Source: Chitinophagaceae bacterium (GTDB lineage: Bacteria; Bacteroidota; Bacteroidia; Chitinophagales; Chitinophagaceae). Taken from it: a stretch of 64,000 bases of DNA. Positions 55,648-64,000 of the stretch are shown here, in pieces. Position 1 is the first letter of the stretch. Every line of letters starts with the position of its first letter. Under the pieces are notes generated by a model that was not told the DNA's origin, did no database searches, and saw nothing but the letters and a program-made list of their open reading frames with translations. Both the position numbers and the translations under genes were made by a program. The stretch spans positions 14,304-78,303 of the forward strand of contig JAYUYX010000141.1 in NCBI GenBank assembly GCA_043752205.1, read 5' to 3'.

Positions 55648-56050
55648 ATGTCAATTCCTTCCGTTGATCTAAGTTATTTTTTATCCGGCGATGTTACAAA
55701 GAAAAAAGATTTTGTACAAAACTTAGGGAAAGCATATGAAGACATAGGATTTGTTGCGGTTAAAAACCATGAAATTTTAGATGACCTGATCGCTGATTTA
55801 TATAAATACGTACAACAATTTTTCTCATTTCCATTAGAGCAAAAAAAAATTATGGGATTAAGGACTTGCGGGTCAACGTGGATATACCAGCTTTGGTAAA
55901 GAGCATGCAAAAGGAAGCGAGGCACCAGACTTAAAAGAGTTTTTTCAATACGGGCAAATAGCCCGGAAAGGTTTTAGTGAAGAAATTTACCCTGATAATG
56001 TTTCTGTAAAAGAGATTGAGAGAGATCGGATTGAAGGTTTAATAGAATGA
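55648..56050 (+). pseudogene. 2OG-Fe(II) oxygenase (isopenicillin-N-synthase-like) remnant, frameshifted and 3'-truncated
   Basis: Frame 1 encodes a DIOX_N-like start (MSIPSVDLSYF...GFVAVKNH...FFSFPLEQKK). After an A9 run (55841-55849), homology continues in the +1 frame (GLAGQRGYTSFGKEHAKGSEAPDLKEFFQYGQ...YPDNV) and stops at 56050. The HxD...H catalytic domain is absent. Confidence 0.7.
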
Positions 56051-56093
56051 AAAGAATTTTAATAGTTGCCATTATTAACTGCAAATATTATTA

Positions 56094-57344
56094 TTGAAAA
56101 AATTGCTTCGGCATATTCCCTTTTTAAAAGCGGTGTTCATACACAGCATAACTGCTTTTGGTGGCCCACAAGGCCACATAGGTATGGTTTTAAAAACTTT
56201 CGTAGATAGGCGGAGAGACCTTACCAAGGAAGAGTTAATGGAATATATATCTTTTTGCCAACTTTTGCCCGGCGCCTCATCTACACAAACCCTCACACTT
56301 ATTGGTTATAAACGGGGGGGGATAAAACTTGCTGTTCTTACACTCCTTATTTGGATATTGCCTGCCTGCATTTTAATGGGCGGCCTTTCTTTTATTGTTG
56401 GTGATATTGGACAGAGCCGGATTCAAACAGGTTTATTTCAGTTCATACAACCTATGGCGATTGGCTTTTTAGCTTATGCTGCATTTAAGGCTTACCTGGT
56501 AAGTATAAAAAATACAATCACATTGGTAATAATGCTGGTTGCACTTGTTGCTACTTTTTTGCTTTTTAAAACCCCCTGGGTAATACCAGTGTTAATTGTG
56601 TGCGGGGGGATTGCCACCAACTTCAGTAATAGGCGTATACCGGAAAAAGAAGTGGTGAAACCTAAACAGATCCGATGGACGAATATCTGGCTCTTTGTAC
56701 TCATTTTTGCTGTTGCCGGTTTGTTAAGTGAAACAGCACGAAAGCAAAATTGGGAAAATAAAAAATCATATAATCTTTTTGAAAACTTTTATCGCTTTGG
56801 TTCTTTTGTATTTGGTGGCGGCGATGTATTAATCCCATTAATGCTTGATCAATATGTTGTACGTCCAACATCGGAAAGGGTAGTTAAAAATAACCCGGAT
56901 ATTATTAAAGTAGAAAAGGAAGAATTATTAACAGGAGCAGGAATGGTAAGAGCAATACCAGGCCCTGTTTTTTCAATTGCCTCTTTTATGGGTGGAATAG
57001 CATTAAAAAAAGAAGGGGCTAAAGTGCAATTGCTGGGTTGTGTAATTGGGGCTGTGGCTATCTTTTTACCTAGCGCACTGCTGGTTTTATTTTTTTTTCC
57101 GGTATGGCAAATCCTTAAAAAATTTGTTGTTGTATTTCGTTCGCTCGAGGGCATCAACGCTGCCGTAGTAGGCATTATGTTTGCGGCAACGCTATATTTA
57201 TTGAAAGATATTTTTATTTATCCTCAACCAGTACTTGTATTAAACATTGCTGTTATTGCAGGCACCTTTTTAATCTTACAATTTTCTAAGATACCGACGC
57301 CTTTTATTGTTTTGTTTTGCCTTGCACTAGGATTCTTGGTCTGA
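56094..57344 (+). CDS. chrA: chromate transporter (fused double-CHR)
   Basis: 416 aa with [10 protein letters not shown] and LPGASSTQ in the first half and [10 protein letters not shown] and IPGPVFS in the second. It has a TTG start. Confidence 0.88.
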   Translation: MKKLLRHIPFLKAVFIHSITAFGGPQGHIGMVLKTFVDRRRDLTKEELMEYISFCQLLPGASSTQTLTLIGYKRGGIKLAVLTLLIWILPACILMGGLSFIVGDIGQSRIQTGLFQFIQPMAIGFLAYAAFKAYLVSIKNTITLVIMLVALVATFLLFKTPWVIPVLIVCGGIATNFSNRRIPEKEVVKPKQIRWTNIWLFVLIFAVAGLLSETARKQNWENKKSYNLFENFYRFGSFVFGGGDVLIPLMLDQYVVRPTSERVVKNNPDIIKVEKEELLTGAGMVRAIPGPVFSIASFMGGIALKKEGAKVQLLGCVIGAVAIFLPSALLVLFFFPVWQILKKFVVVFRSLEGINAAVVGIMFAATLYLLKDIFIYPQPVLVLNIAVIAGTFLILQFSKIPTPFIVLFCLALGFLV

Positions 57345-57917
57345 TCAGGTGCGATAATAACCCCCTATCTCAATTTCTTCTTTCACAACATCGGGCACTA
57401 AGAATCTAATTGATTTCTTATTTTTAAGCAACTTACGAATATGAGTAGACGAAATATCCAGCAACGGCGCATCTAATAAATGCACAGTTGCACTAAAGTC
57501 ATCGATTACCTCAAATCCCCGGCGTAAATAAATATAAATTGGATAGTTTTTTATGATCACTTCATAGTTCTTCCATTTATTGAGATTTTGAAATCCATCG
57601 CTTCCCATAAGGATAGAAAATTCGTGTTCAGGATATTTTTCTTTTAGATAAGCAAGACTATTTACTGTATAAGAAGGTTTAGGTAAACCAAATTCAACAT
57701 TGCTTACTTTTAAATTATTTTCGCCATCAATAGCAGTCTTAATCAGGTGAAGCCGATGATATTCATTAAGTAAAGAAGCGGATTTTTTAAAGGGGTTTTG
57801 CGGCGAAACGACAAACCAAACCTGGTTCAGGCTGGTCTCGTTAATTACATGGTTAGCTATTATAAGATGCCCGTTGTGCACCGGGTTAAAAGAGCCAAAG
57901 TAAAGTCCGATCTTCAT
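57345..57917 (-). CDS. nadD: nicotinate-nucleotide adenylyltransferase
   Basis: GSFNPVHNGH (HxGH motif) and a C-terminal ISSTHIR (ISST motif). Confidence 0.9.
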   Translation of the reverse strand: MKIGLYFGSFNPVHNGHLIIANHVINETSLNQVWFVVSPQNPFKKSASLLNEYHRLHLIKTAIDGENNLKVSNVEFGLPKPSYTVNSLAYLKEKYPEHEFSILMGSDGFQNLNKWKNYEVIIKNYPIYIYLRRGFEVIDDFSATVHLLDAPLLDISSTHIRKLLKNKKSIRFLVPDVVKEEIEIGGYYRT

Positions 57918-57939
57918 GATAGAGCTTGTAAAAATGTAT

Positions 57940-58167
57940 TTATTTTTCTTCTACCCAAATCTTTTCAGCTTCATTTATCCTTAAACTTAAGCGGTATCCT
58001 GCAATAGTAATTGAAATGGGATCACCCAGCGGAGCTTTTTGGTCTATTTTTACTATTTCCCCTGGAATGCAGCCCATTTCCATCAACTTTAAAAAAATAT
58101 CATCATTTTCAAAAGAAATAATAGTCCCTGATCGTCCAACTTTCATTTCCGATAATCTTTTCTTCAT
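57940..58167 (-). CDS. feoA: FeoA-family small protein
   Basis: 75 aa, SH3-like, with LSEMKVGRSGTIISF...MGCIPGEIVKI...ISITIAGYRLSLR. Confidence 0.8.
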   Translation of the reverse strand: MKKRLSEMKVGRSGTIISFENDDIFLKLMEMGCIPGEIVKIDQKAPLGDPISITIAGYRLSLRINEAEKIWVEEK

Positions 58168-58246
58168 TACTCAAGCCTTTAATAATCTGATTGCAAATGT
58201 ATCAAATCAATATTGTTATCTAATTTCGAGATGAGAAAATAAGTGT

Positions 58247-58687
58247 ATGCAAACAGTACAATTTTACAATAATGATCGGGCCCCGACCCTAAAGAACCGG
58301 AAAAAGCTAAAGATCTTCCTGGCTAAACTATTTAAGCGGGAAACAAAAACATTGCATAGTCTCACCTATATCTTTAGCTCCGACCAATACATTTTGAAGA
58401 TCAATAATGAATTTCTTAAGCATGATTTTTTTACAGACATCATAACCTTTGACCTGAGCGTGGATAAGCAGCAAACCATAGGAGAGATATATATAAGTAC
58501 TGATAGAGTTAAAGAGAACGCAAAGAATTTAGGTATCACCTTCAATATTGAACTCCACCGGGTTATAATTCATGGCGCCCTTCATCTCTGTGGGTATAAG
58601 GATAAGAAAATTAATGAAATTGCAGAAATGAGGAGAAAGGAAGATTACTATCTTTTAAAGTATTCGAAACAAACCCCCAACTTGTAA
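58247..58687 (+). CDS. ybeY: rRNA maturation endoribonuclease YbeY
   Basis: Zinc motif HGALHLCGYKD (H-x3-H-x5-H context); 146 aa. Confidence 0.9.
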   Translation: MQTVQFYNNDRAPTLKNRKKLKIFLAKLFKRETKTLHSLTYIFSSDQYILKINNEFLKHDFFTDIITFDLSVDKQQTIGEIYISTDRVKENAKNLGITFNIELHRVIIHGALHLCGYKDKKINEIAEMRRKEDYYLLKYSKQTPNL

Positions 58688-58775
58688 GAATAAAGAGATA
58701 TTGTTCCACAAAAAACAGTTTCACAATGAAACAGTGTCCCGTGGAACATTGTATCTTTGAATAAAAAGATGAATT

Positions 58776-59402
58776 ATGCCTAGAAAAAAATGGGAAGCTA
58801 ACAAGGATATTACCGAATCACTGTTGAAATTCCGGGAAAAGAGGAAATGGCAAATCAATTTGCGACGTTATGTGATTGAGAAAAGCCCGTGTCCCCAGTA
58901 CGCACCATATTTCGCTCTTGATATCCAAAGCATACGACAATGGTTTGAATACCAATTTTCGGAAGAACTGAATTGGGATAATTTTGGAAAATGTTGGCAA
59001 TTTGATCATATTATACCTGTAGTCTATTTTGATCACTCGGTTGAAATCGAATTGAAAATGTGTTGGAACTTTACAAATTTAAGAGTAGAGCCATTTCAGC
59101 TTAATAAAAACAGAGGAAGTAGAATCGATGTTTTGGGGGCTAAATCCTATTTCGATGAATTATATCAAAAAACAGGGTATTTGATGGCCCAGGCTCTTAA
59201 GGATAAATTAGAGAGAATTGCACTTTCTGAATTAGCCAGCTCTGAGCCGCAACAGCGCTTTCTCAACGAGCATAAGGATTACCTTGAACAAATCGAAAAT
59301 TATTCCACTTTCGAGTTTGAACTTCTAAACAGCGGACGATCCATAAAGGATGTCAGATATGAGATTGATTTAATAAGTAAAATTGCCTCAAGGCTTCAAT
59401 AA
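58776..59402 (+). CDS. hypothetical protein with an HNH/His-Me-finger-like motif
   Basis: Central block CWQFDHIIPVVYF...CWNFTNLRVEPFQLNKNRGS has the D-H...N...N spacing of HNH nucleases. I recognise nothing else in it. Confidence 0.45.
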   Translation: MPRKKWEANKDITESLLKFREKRKWQINLRRYVIEKSPCPQYAPYFALDIQSIRQWFEYQFSEELNWDNFGKCWQFDHIIPVVYFDHSVEIELKMCWNFTNLRVEPFQLNKNRGSRIDVLGAKSYFDELYQKTGYLMAQALKDKLERIALSELASSEPQQRFLNEHKDYLEQIENYSTFEFELLNSGRSIKDVRYEIDLISKIASRLQ

Positions 59403-59420
59403 CAAAGTATCTTTACACTC

Positions 59421-61289
59421 ATGTTTTCAAATTATGACGTTATTGTAATAGGTGGAGGTCATGCTGGTTGTGAGGCGGCAGCTTCTGCAGCCAACCTGGG
59501 AAGCAAGGTTTTGTTGATAACCATGAACTTACAAACTATTGCCCAAATGAGCTGTAACCCTGCGATGGGGGGTATTGCTAAAGGCCAGATCGTTAGAGAG
59601 ATCGATGCCATGGGAGGATATAGTGGTATAGTTACAGATAAGAGTATGATCCAGTTCCGTATGCTGAACAGGTCCAAAGGGCCAGCAATGTGGAGTCCCC
59701 GTGTTCAAAGTGATAGGATGTTATTTGCCGCAACCTGGCGGGAAATGCTTGAAAAAACACCAAATGTTGATTTTTATCAGGATACAGTACAGGGAGTTTT
59801 AGTTAAGGATGGAAGGGTGTACGGCGTTAGTACGGGTTTAGGTCATGACATAAAAGCCAAAGCAGTAATATTGACAAATGGTACTTTTTTAAATGGCGTA
59901 ATACATATAGGTGAGAAAAATTTTGGAGGGGGGAGAATGGCGGAAAAAGCATCAACAGGAATAACTGAACAATTGGTTTCTTTAGGATTTGAAACAGATC
60001 GGTTAAAAACGGGAACCCCACCCAGAATTGATGGAAGAAGCCTTGACTATACAAAAATGGAGGAACAGAAAGGAGACGAAGAGATTGTAGGATTCAGCTA
60101 TTTAAATATTGATAAAATTAAGCCTGAACAACAAAAAAGCTGCTGGATAACATATACAAATGATAAAGTACACGAATTATTGAAAACGGGGTTTGAAAAA
60201 AGCCCTATGTATCAAGGCCGCATTCACGGTACCGGGCCTAGATATTGTCCGAGTATAGAAGATAAAATAAGCCGGTTTGCACAAAGGGACCGCCATCAAT
60301 TATTTGTTGAGCCTGAGGGTAACAATACAGTTGAGATATATGTTAATGGATTCTCAACATCTTTGCCAGAAAATATTCAGTATCAAGCACTTAAACTTGT
60401 CCCTGGATTTGAAAATTGTAAAATGTTCCGCCCAGGATATGCAATCGAATATGATTTTTTTCCACCAACCCAACTAAAATTCAGCTTAGAAACAAAACTG
60501 GTTGAGAACCTATTCTTTGCCGGGCAAATTAACGGCACTACTGGATATGAAGAAGCTGCTTGTCAGGGTTTAATGGCAGGTATTAATGCTCATCAGAAAA
60601 CTACAGAGCAAGAACCGGTTATTCTAAAAAGAAGTGAAGCATATATTGGAGTGTTAATCGATGATTTGATAAATAAAGGAACGGACGAACCTTATCGAAT
60701 GTTTACAAGCCGTGCAGAGTTCAGAACATTATTGCGACAGGATAATGCGGACCTTCGGTTAACAGAGAAAAGTTACCGGCTGGGTTTGGCCTCACAAGAG
60801 AGGATGGAAAAGGTAAAAATCAAAAGAGAAAATATCGAAAAAATTAAAGCCGCCCTGGCTGCTATGAGTCTTGATCCCGAAGAGACTGCAGGTTTTTTAG
60901 AAAGCGTACAATCTTCAGCGTTACTAAGTAAACAGAAAGCCGCACAGGTTTTACTGAGGCCAATGATCAGTTTGAAGCAAATGATTAATTATATTCCCAA
61001 AGTAGAACAAGCGCTTTCGGGATTTGATAGTGAAACACTGGAGCAGGCAGAGATTCAGATCAAGTACGACACATATATTGAAAAGGAAAAAGAATTGGTT
61101 TCTAAAATGAGCCAATTGGAAGACTTGATCATACCAGAGAATTTCAATTATGAAAAACTGGTTTCATTGAGTAATGAGGCCCGCCAAAAATTTACAAAGA
61201 TTAAACCAAGAACACTGGGACAAGCTTCCAGAATCTCTGGAGTTAATCCAAGCGATGTACAGATATTAATGGTTTTTATGGGCAGATAA
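59421..61289 (+). CDS. mnmG: tRNA uridine 5-carboxymethylaminomethyl modification enzyme
   Basis: FAD motif VIVIGGGHAGCEAA and the full-length GidA pattern; 622 aa. Confidence 0.95.
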   Translation: MFSNYDVIVIGGGHAGCEAAASAANLGSKVLLITMNLQTIAQMSCNPAMGGIAKGQIVREIDAMGGYSGIVTDKSMIQFRMLNRSKGPAMWSPRVQSDRMLFAATWREMLEKTPNVDFYQDTVQGVLVKDGRVYGVSTGLGHDIKAKAVILTNGTFLNGVIHIGEKNFGGGRMAEKASTGITEQLVSLGFETDRLKTGTPPRIDGRSLDYTKMEEQKGDEEIVGFSYLNIDKIKPEQQKSCWITYTNDKVHELLKTGFEKSPMYQGRIHGTGPRYCPSIEDKISRFAQRDRHQLFVEPEGNNTVEIYVNGFSTSLPENIQYQALKLVPGFENCKMFRPGYAIEYDFFPPTQLKFSLETKLVENLFFAGQINGTTGYEEAACQGLMAGINAHQKTTEQEPVILKRSEAYIGVLIDDLINKGTDEPYRMFTSRAEFRTLLRQDNADLRLTEKSYRLGLASQERMEKVKIKRENIEKIKAALAAMSLDPEETAGFLESVQSSALLSKQKAAQVLLRPMISLKQMINYIPKVEQALSGFDSETLEQAEIQIKYDTYIEKEKELVSKMSQLEDLIIPENFNYEKLVSLSNEARQKFTKIKPRTLGQASRISGVNPSDVQILMVFMGR

Positions 61290-61300
61290 AAAAAATAATT

Positions 61301-61819
61301 ATGAGCCTGAATTTCAAAAGCAACACTCCTAAAGAATTGATCTTTGAGCATATTGCAGAATACCTGCATATGCAAAATCTTAAAATAGATAAGCAGGATA
61401 ATACCCGTCCGTGGGGGGGCTTTTTTGTGATAAAAGAAAACGAATCTGAAAAATTCATCAACCTGTATTTTCCTGAACTTGCTGGTAGCGGAGAATTAAA
61501 TATTTCCTGGAAACTTAGTCCGAAAATTTTAATAGTGGCACCTGATAAAAAACTAAGCTGGCAATATCATAATCGCCGGGCTGAAGTATGGAAGCTTATT
61601 GGTGGAACAGCAGCGATTGTAACAAGCGACACAGACGAAGAAAAAGAAACCCTGTATTTAAAGATTGGGGATATTATACATTTACAACAAGGCGAAAGAC
61701 ATCGACTGATTGGTCTGGAAACCTGGGGAATTGTTGCAGAAATATGGCGACATACAGATGCTGGGCATCCAAGTGATGAGGAGGATATCGTAAGAATACA
61801 GGATGATTTTGGAAGATAA
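61301..61819 (+). CDS. cupin-fold protein, type II phosphomannose isomerase-like
   Basis: RPWGGFFVI, LSWQYHNRRAEVWKLIGG and GERHRL match the cupin motifs of the PMI type II C-terminal domain. Confidence 0.7.
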   Translation: MSLNFKSNTPKELIFEHIAEYLHMQNLKIDKQDNTRPWGGFFVIKENESEKFINLYFPELAGSGELNISWKLSPKILIVAPDKKLSWQYHNRRAEVWKLIGGTAAIVTSDTDEEKETLYLKIGDIIHLQQGERHRLIGLETWGIVAEIWRHTDAGHPSDEEDIVRIQDDFGR

Positions 61820-61959
61820 TTTTATCATGTTTAAATAAAATGAAATCATAAAATTTTGCAAAATAGGTGCTGTTGGGTATTGTTTGTTATGCAATCAAGA
61901 TTTAATTTTCCTCTATTATTAAGCATCTTATTTAATTATTGTAACCACTATTACTGCTG

Positions 61960-63933
61960 ATGAAATATTTTTTATTTCTTCTTTCTGTGTTTATCACAAA
62001 TAACTCGATTGCGCAAAATAAGCTGGCCCTTATTATAGCAGTGGGAGAATATCCGGCAGCAAGTAAAATACCTCCAATAGCATCTACAAATGATATAAAG
62101 TATATTAAAACAGCGTTAAGCAGAAACGGGTTTGAAGAAAAAAATATTGACACATTAATTAATAGTAAGGCAACTAAAGCTGCTATTTTAAATGCACTTA
62201 GTCAACTTTCAAAAAAAGCAAAACAAAATGATGTTGTTGTTATTCACTTCTCGTGCCATGGCCAACAAATAAGAGATCAAAAAACAATTGAGCTGGGTAA
62301 AGATGAGGACGATGGATACGACGAGGCATTTTTACCTTATGACGCCATGGCAAAATATAGTCCTACAGGCTACAAAGGGCAAAATCATTTGCGTGATGAT
62401 GACCTTTATCCCATCCTTCTAGGCATTAGGAAAAAACTAGGTACAGCAGGAAGCCTGTTAGTGCTTTTAGATGCCTGCCACTCCGGAACAGGTACACGTT
62501 CCGAAAGTTTTGTAGTAACAAGGGGCGAACCAATTCCTTTTGCTAACCCCGAAAATCCGATAGATTCAGTCATAAATCTATCGGCTGCAGAAGGCCAGGG
62601 CTTTTTTGAGGCTATGTCCGATTCTGTTTCTAATATGGTTGTAATAAGCGCCTCCTCTCCTCACCAGGAAAATAAGCAAGTAAAAATTAATAATGAAGAA
62701 CTGGGTTCTTTGTCTTATTCTTTTTATAAGGCATTAAACGAAATGACCGCTGGTAACACTTATCAATTGTTATTTGAAAAAATAAGGGCAACCATGCAGG
62801 CTTTTATACCTGAACAAATACCCATGATTGAAGGCAATGAACAGCAACTTATTTTTAGCGGAAAATACCAACCTAAAGAAAACAAGGTTTATATAAGGGT
62901 TGGTTATAAAGAAAGTATAAGTACAAAAGACTCGATATTTACTGTTGATAAGGGCTTGCTGGATAATATAGCCAATGGAACCCGTTGTAAAATATATAAA
63001 GCAGAAAGTAAAGAAGTGTATACCAATGCCGTAATAAAAAGGGTTGAAAATTTCAGAAGTTATGGGGTTGCTGAAAAAAGCCTAAACAAGAATGAATTGT
63101 ATGAAGTGCAGATGGAGGAGGAGAATTACGGCAACCTGGAAGCAGGGTTAAAACTTAGTTTTTTAGCAGCTGATGCTGCATCAAAAATGCTGGAAAAGCA
63201 GGTTAAACAATTTATAAAACCTTATAGTTTTTTAAAAATTTCAGACAAACCCGACTTTCAGTTAGAAGTAAAAAATACCAAAGAAGGAAAAATAGCAACG
63301 CTTACAGACAGGAATAACAAACCGGTTTGGGGGGCCAGCCTTCTAAACAGGGATTCACTATCTGTCGAAGAGAAAAAACAATTTATTCTTAATATAAAGA
63401 AAGCGTTAAGAATAAAATATTTACGTACCATGCCTGATGGGGGCCAACTAGCTCAATATGTTTCAGCAGAAATCATTCCTGTAAAAGAATACAACAAATC
63501 CGCAGGAATAGAATTGGAAGTTGGGGATGGATATGCCATTCATATCAGAAACAACAGTAGCCAAAATCTTTACTATACCATTTTAGATATTTATCCTGAT
63601 AATAATGTTGAGATCATGTATCCCTACAATGGAAAAGAACCAGCAGATTATATTGTAGAGAAAAATAATGTAGTTGTAAGAAAACTTGCGGTAAGCAAAG
63701 GCTCGCCAACGGGTGTGGAAATTTTGAAAATAATAGTTTCAAAAGAACCGATGGATCTAAGAAGTGTCTTTGAGAAAAAAATCACAAGAGAGAATATGCA
63801 ATCTTTTCAAACTGTAATAGATGATTTGTTTAATGAAAATCAGGGAAAAGCCGCAACAAGAGGTGAAGTATCCAATATAAAAGCGGAAGAAATAGGAATA
63901 GTTAGTGTGAGTTTTATTATAAAAAAGCAATAA
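61960..63933 (+). CDS. exported caspase-family (peptidase C14) protein with a DUF4384-like C-terminal region
   Basis: Signal peptide MKYFLFLLSVFITNNSIAQ. The catalytic dyad contexts are VVIHFSCHGQQ (His) and LVLLDACHSGTG (Cys). A C-terminal beta-rich region of about 300 aa follows. Confidence 0.8.
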   Translation: MKYFLFLLSVFITNNSIAQNKLALIIAVGEYPAASKIPPIASTNDIKYIKTALSRNGFEEKNIDTLINSKATKAAILNALSQLSKKAKQNDVVVIHFSCHGQQIRDQKTIELGKDEDDGYDEAFLPYDAMAKYSPTGYKGQNHLRDDDLYPILLGIRKKLGTAGSLLVLLDACHSGTGTRSESFVVTRGEPIPFANPENPIDSVINLSAAEGQGFFEAMSDSVSNMVVISASSPHQENKQVKINNEELGSLSYSFYKALNEMTAGNTYQLLFEKIRATMQAFIPEQIPMIEGNEQQLIFSGKYQPKENKVYIRVGYKESISTKDSIFTVDKGLLDNIANGTRCKIYKAESKEVYTNAVIKRVENFRSYGVAEKSLNKNELYEVQMEEENYGNLEAGLKLSFLAADAASKMLEKQVKQFIKPYSFLKISDKPDFQLEVKNTKEGKIATLTDRNNKPVWGASLLNRDSLSVEEKKQFILNIKKALRIKYLRTMPDGGQLAQYVSAEIIPVKEYNKSAGIELEVGDGYAIHIRNNSSQNLYYTILDIYPDNNVEIMYPYNGKEPADYIVEKNNVVVRKLAVSKGSPTGVEILKIIVSKEPMDLRSVFEKKITRENMQSFQTVIDDLFNENQGKAATRGEVSNIKAEEIGIVSVSFIIKKQ

Positions 63934-64000
63934 ATGTATCCATTGAAATTACCTTTAAAAAAATATTATCTCTTTGCCTTATTACTGTTGATAAGCGCTT
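63934..64000 (+). CDS. partial ORF (5' end only), signal-peptide-like
   Basis: The ATG directly follows the caspase stop (TAAATG). It encodes MYPLKLPLKKYYLFALLLLISA... and is truncated by the window edge. Confidence 0.3.
   Translation, partial: MYPLKLPLKKYYLFALLLLISA

Noticed and set aside
55841-55849. The A9 homopolymer in the 2OG-oxygenase gene as a phase-variation or programmed-frameshift site.
   Set aside because: Even with the frame restored, the gene ends after about 133 aa without its catalytic domain. Decay into a pseudogene is the simpler reading. A sequencing error in the homopolymer cannot be excluded.
58168-58246. A possible Fur box in the feoA/ybeY divergent region (GATAACAATATTGATTTGA on the minus strand).
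   Set aside because: It matches only about 12 of 19 positions of the classical GATAATGATAATCATTATC consensus, in very AT-rich DNA. That is not distinguishable from background by eye.
1-64000. A search for tRNA, rRNA, CRISPR arrays, IS elements, transposases, integrases and prophage genes.
   Set aside because: - No T-arm/GTTCGAATC-like tRNA signatures were found.
- No regularly spaced direct repeats were found.
- No transposase or integrase-like ORFs were found.
- The only repeat-like element is the short palindromic insert in rlmD.

Overview
The window reads as a low-GC (roughly 38-40%) Bacteroidota chromosome, Chitinophagia/Sphingobacteriia-like. This rests on gene content (GH3, DUF2480, DUF3667, PpiD/SurA-type PPIases, a large BNR/sortilin protein), the lack of Shine-Dalgarno sequences and frequent tail-to-tail genes with no spacer. 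About 58 protein genes are densely packed, mostly housekeeping: rlmD, metF, lptB, fabG, adk, msrB, thiL, rhlE, corA, nadA, nadD, ybeY, mnmG. I recognise no rRNA, tRNA, CRISPR array, transposase, integrase or prophage. All calls come from motif and family recognition on the supplied translations; no HMM or BLAST search was possible. The stand-out region is about 11.2-29.5 kb. Two mirror-oriented SulP-transporter + beta-carbonic-anhydrase cassettes bracket a stress/export segment (tandem USP, HPF, ABC-HlyD-TolC, Zn-ribbon, TerC, DUF2490 barrel). The second cassette continues directly into a DabA (DUF2309) / DabB (NuoL-like) inorganic-carbon pump, so three inorganic-carbon modules sit in one co-directional block of an apparently heterotrophic genome. 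A divergent TetR gene with palindromic operator candidates sits at one end, and a terminator-like hairpin lies between the CA stop and the dabA start. Secondary observations: an ABC exporter whose ATPase motifs, except Walker A, are all non-canonical; an in-frame GC-rich palindromic insertion inside rlmD; a 590-nt ORF-free nadA leader with repeated TTAACAG inverted repeats; a frameshifted and truncated 2OG-oxygenase remnant abutting a tightly wedged chrA; an exported caspase-DUF4384 protein at the window edge; a free-standing HNH-like gene between ybeY and mnmG; and an unlisted 41-aa lipoprotein ORF.
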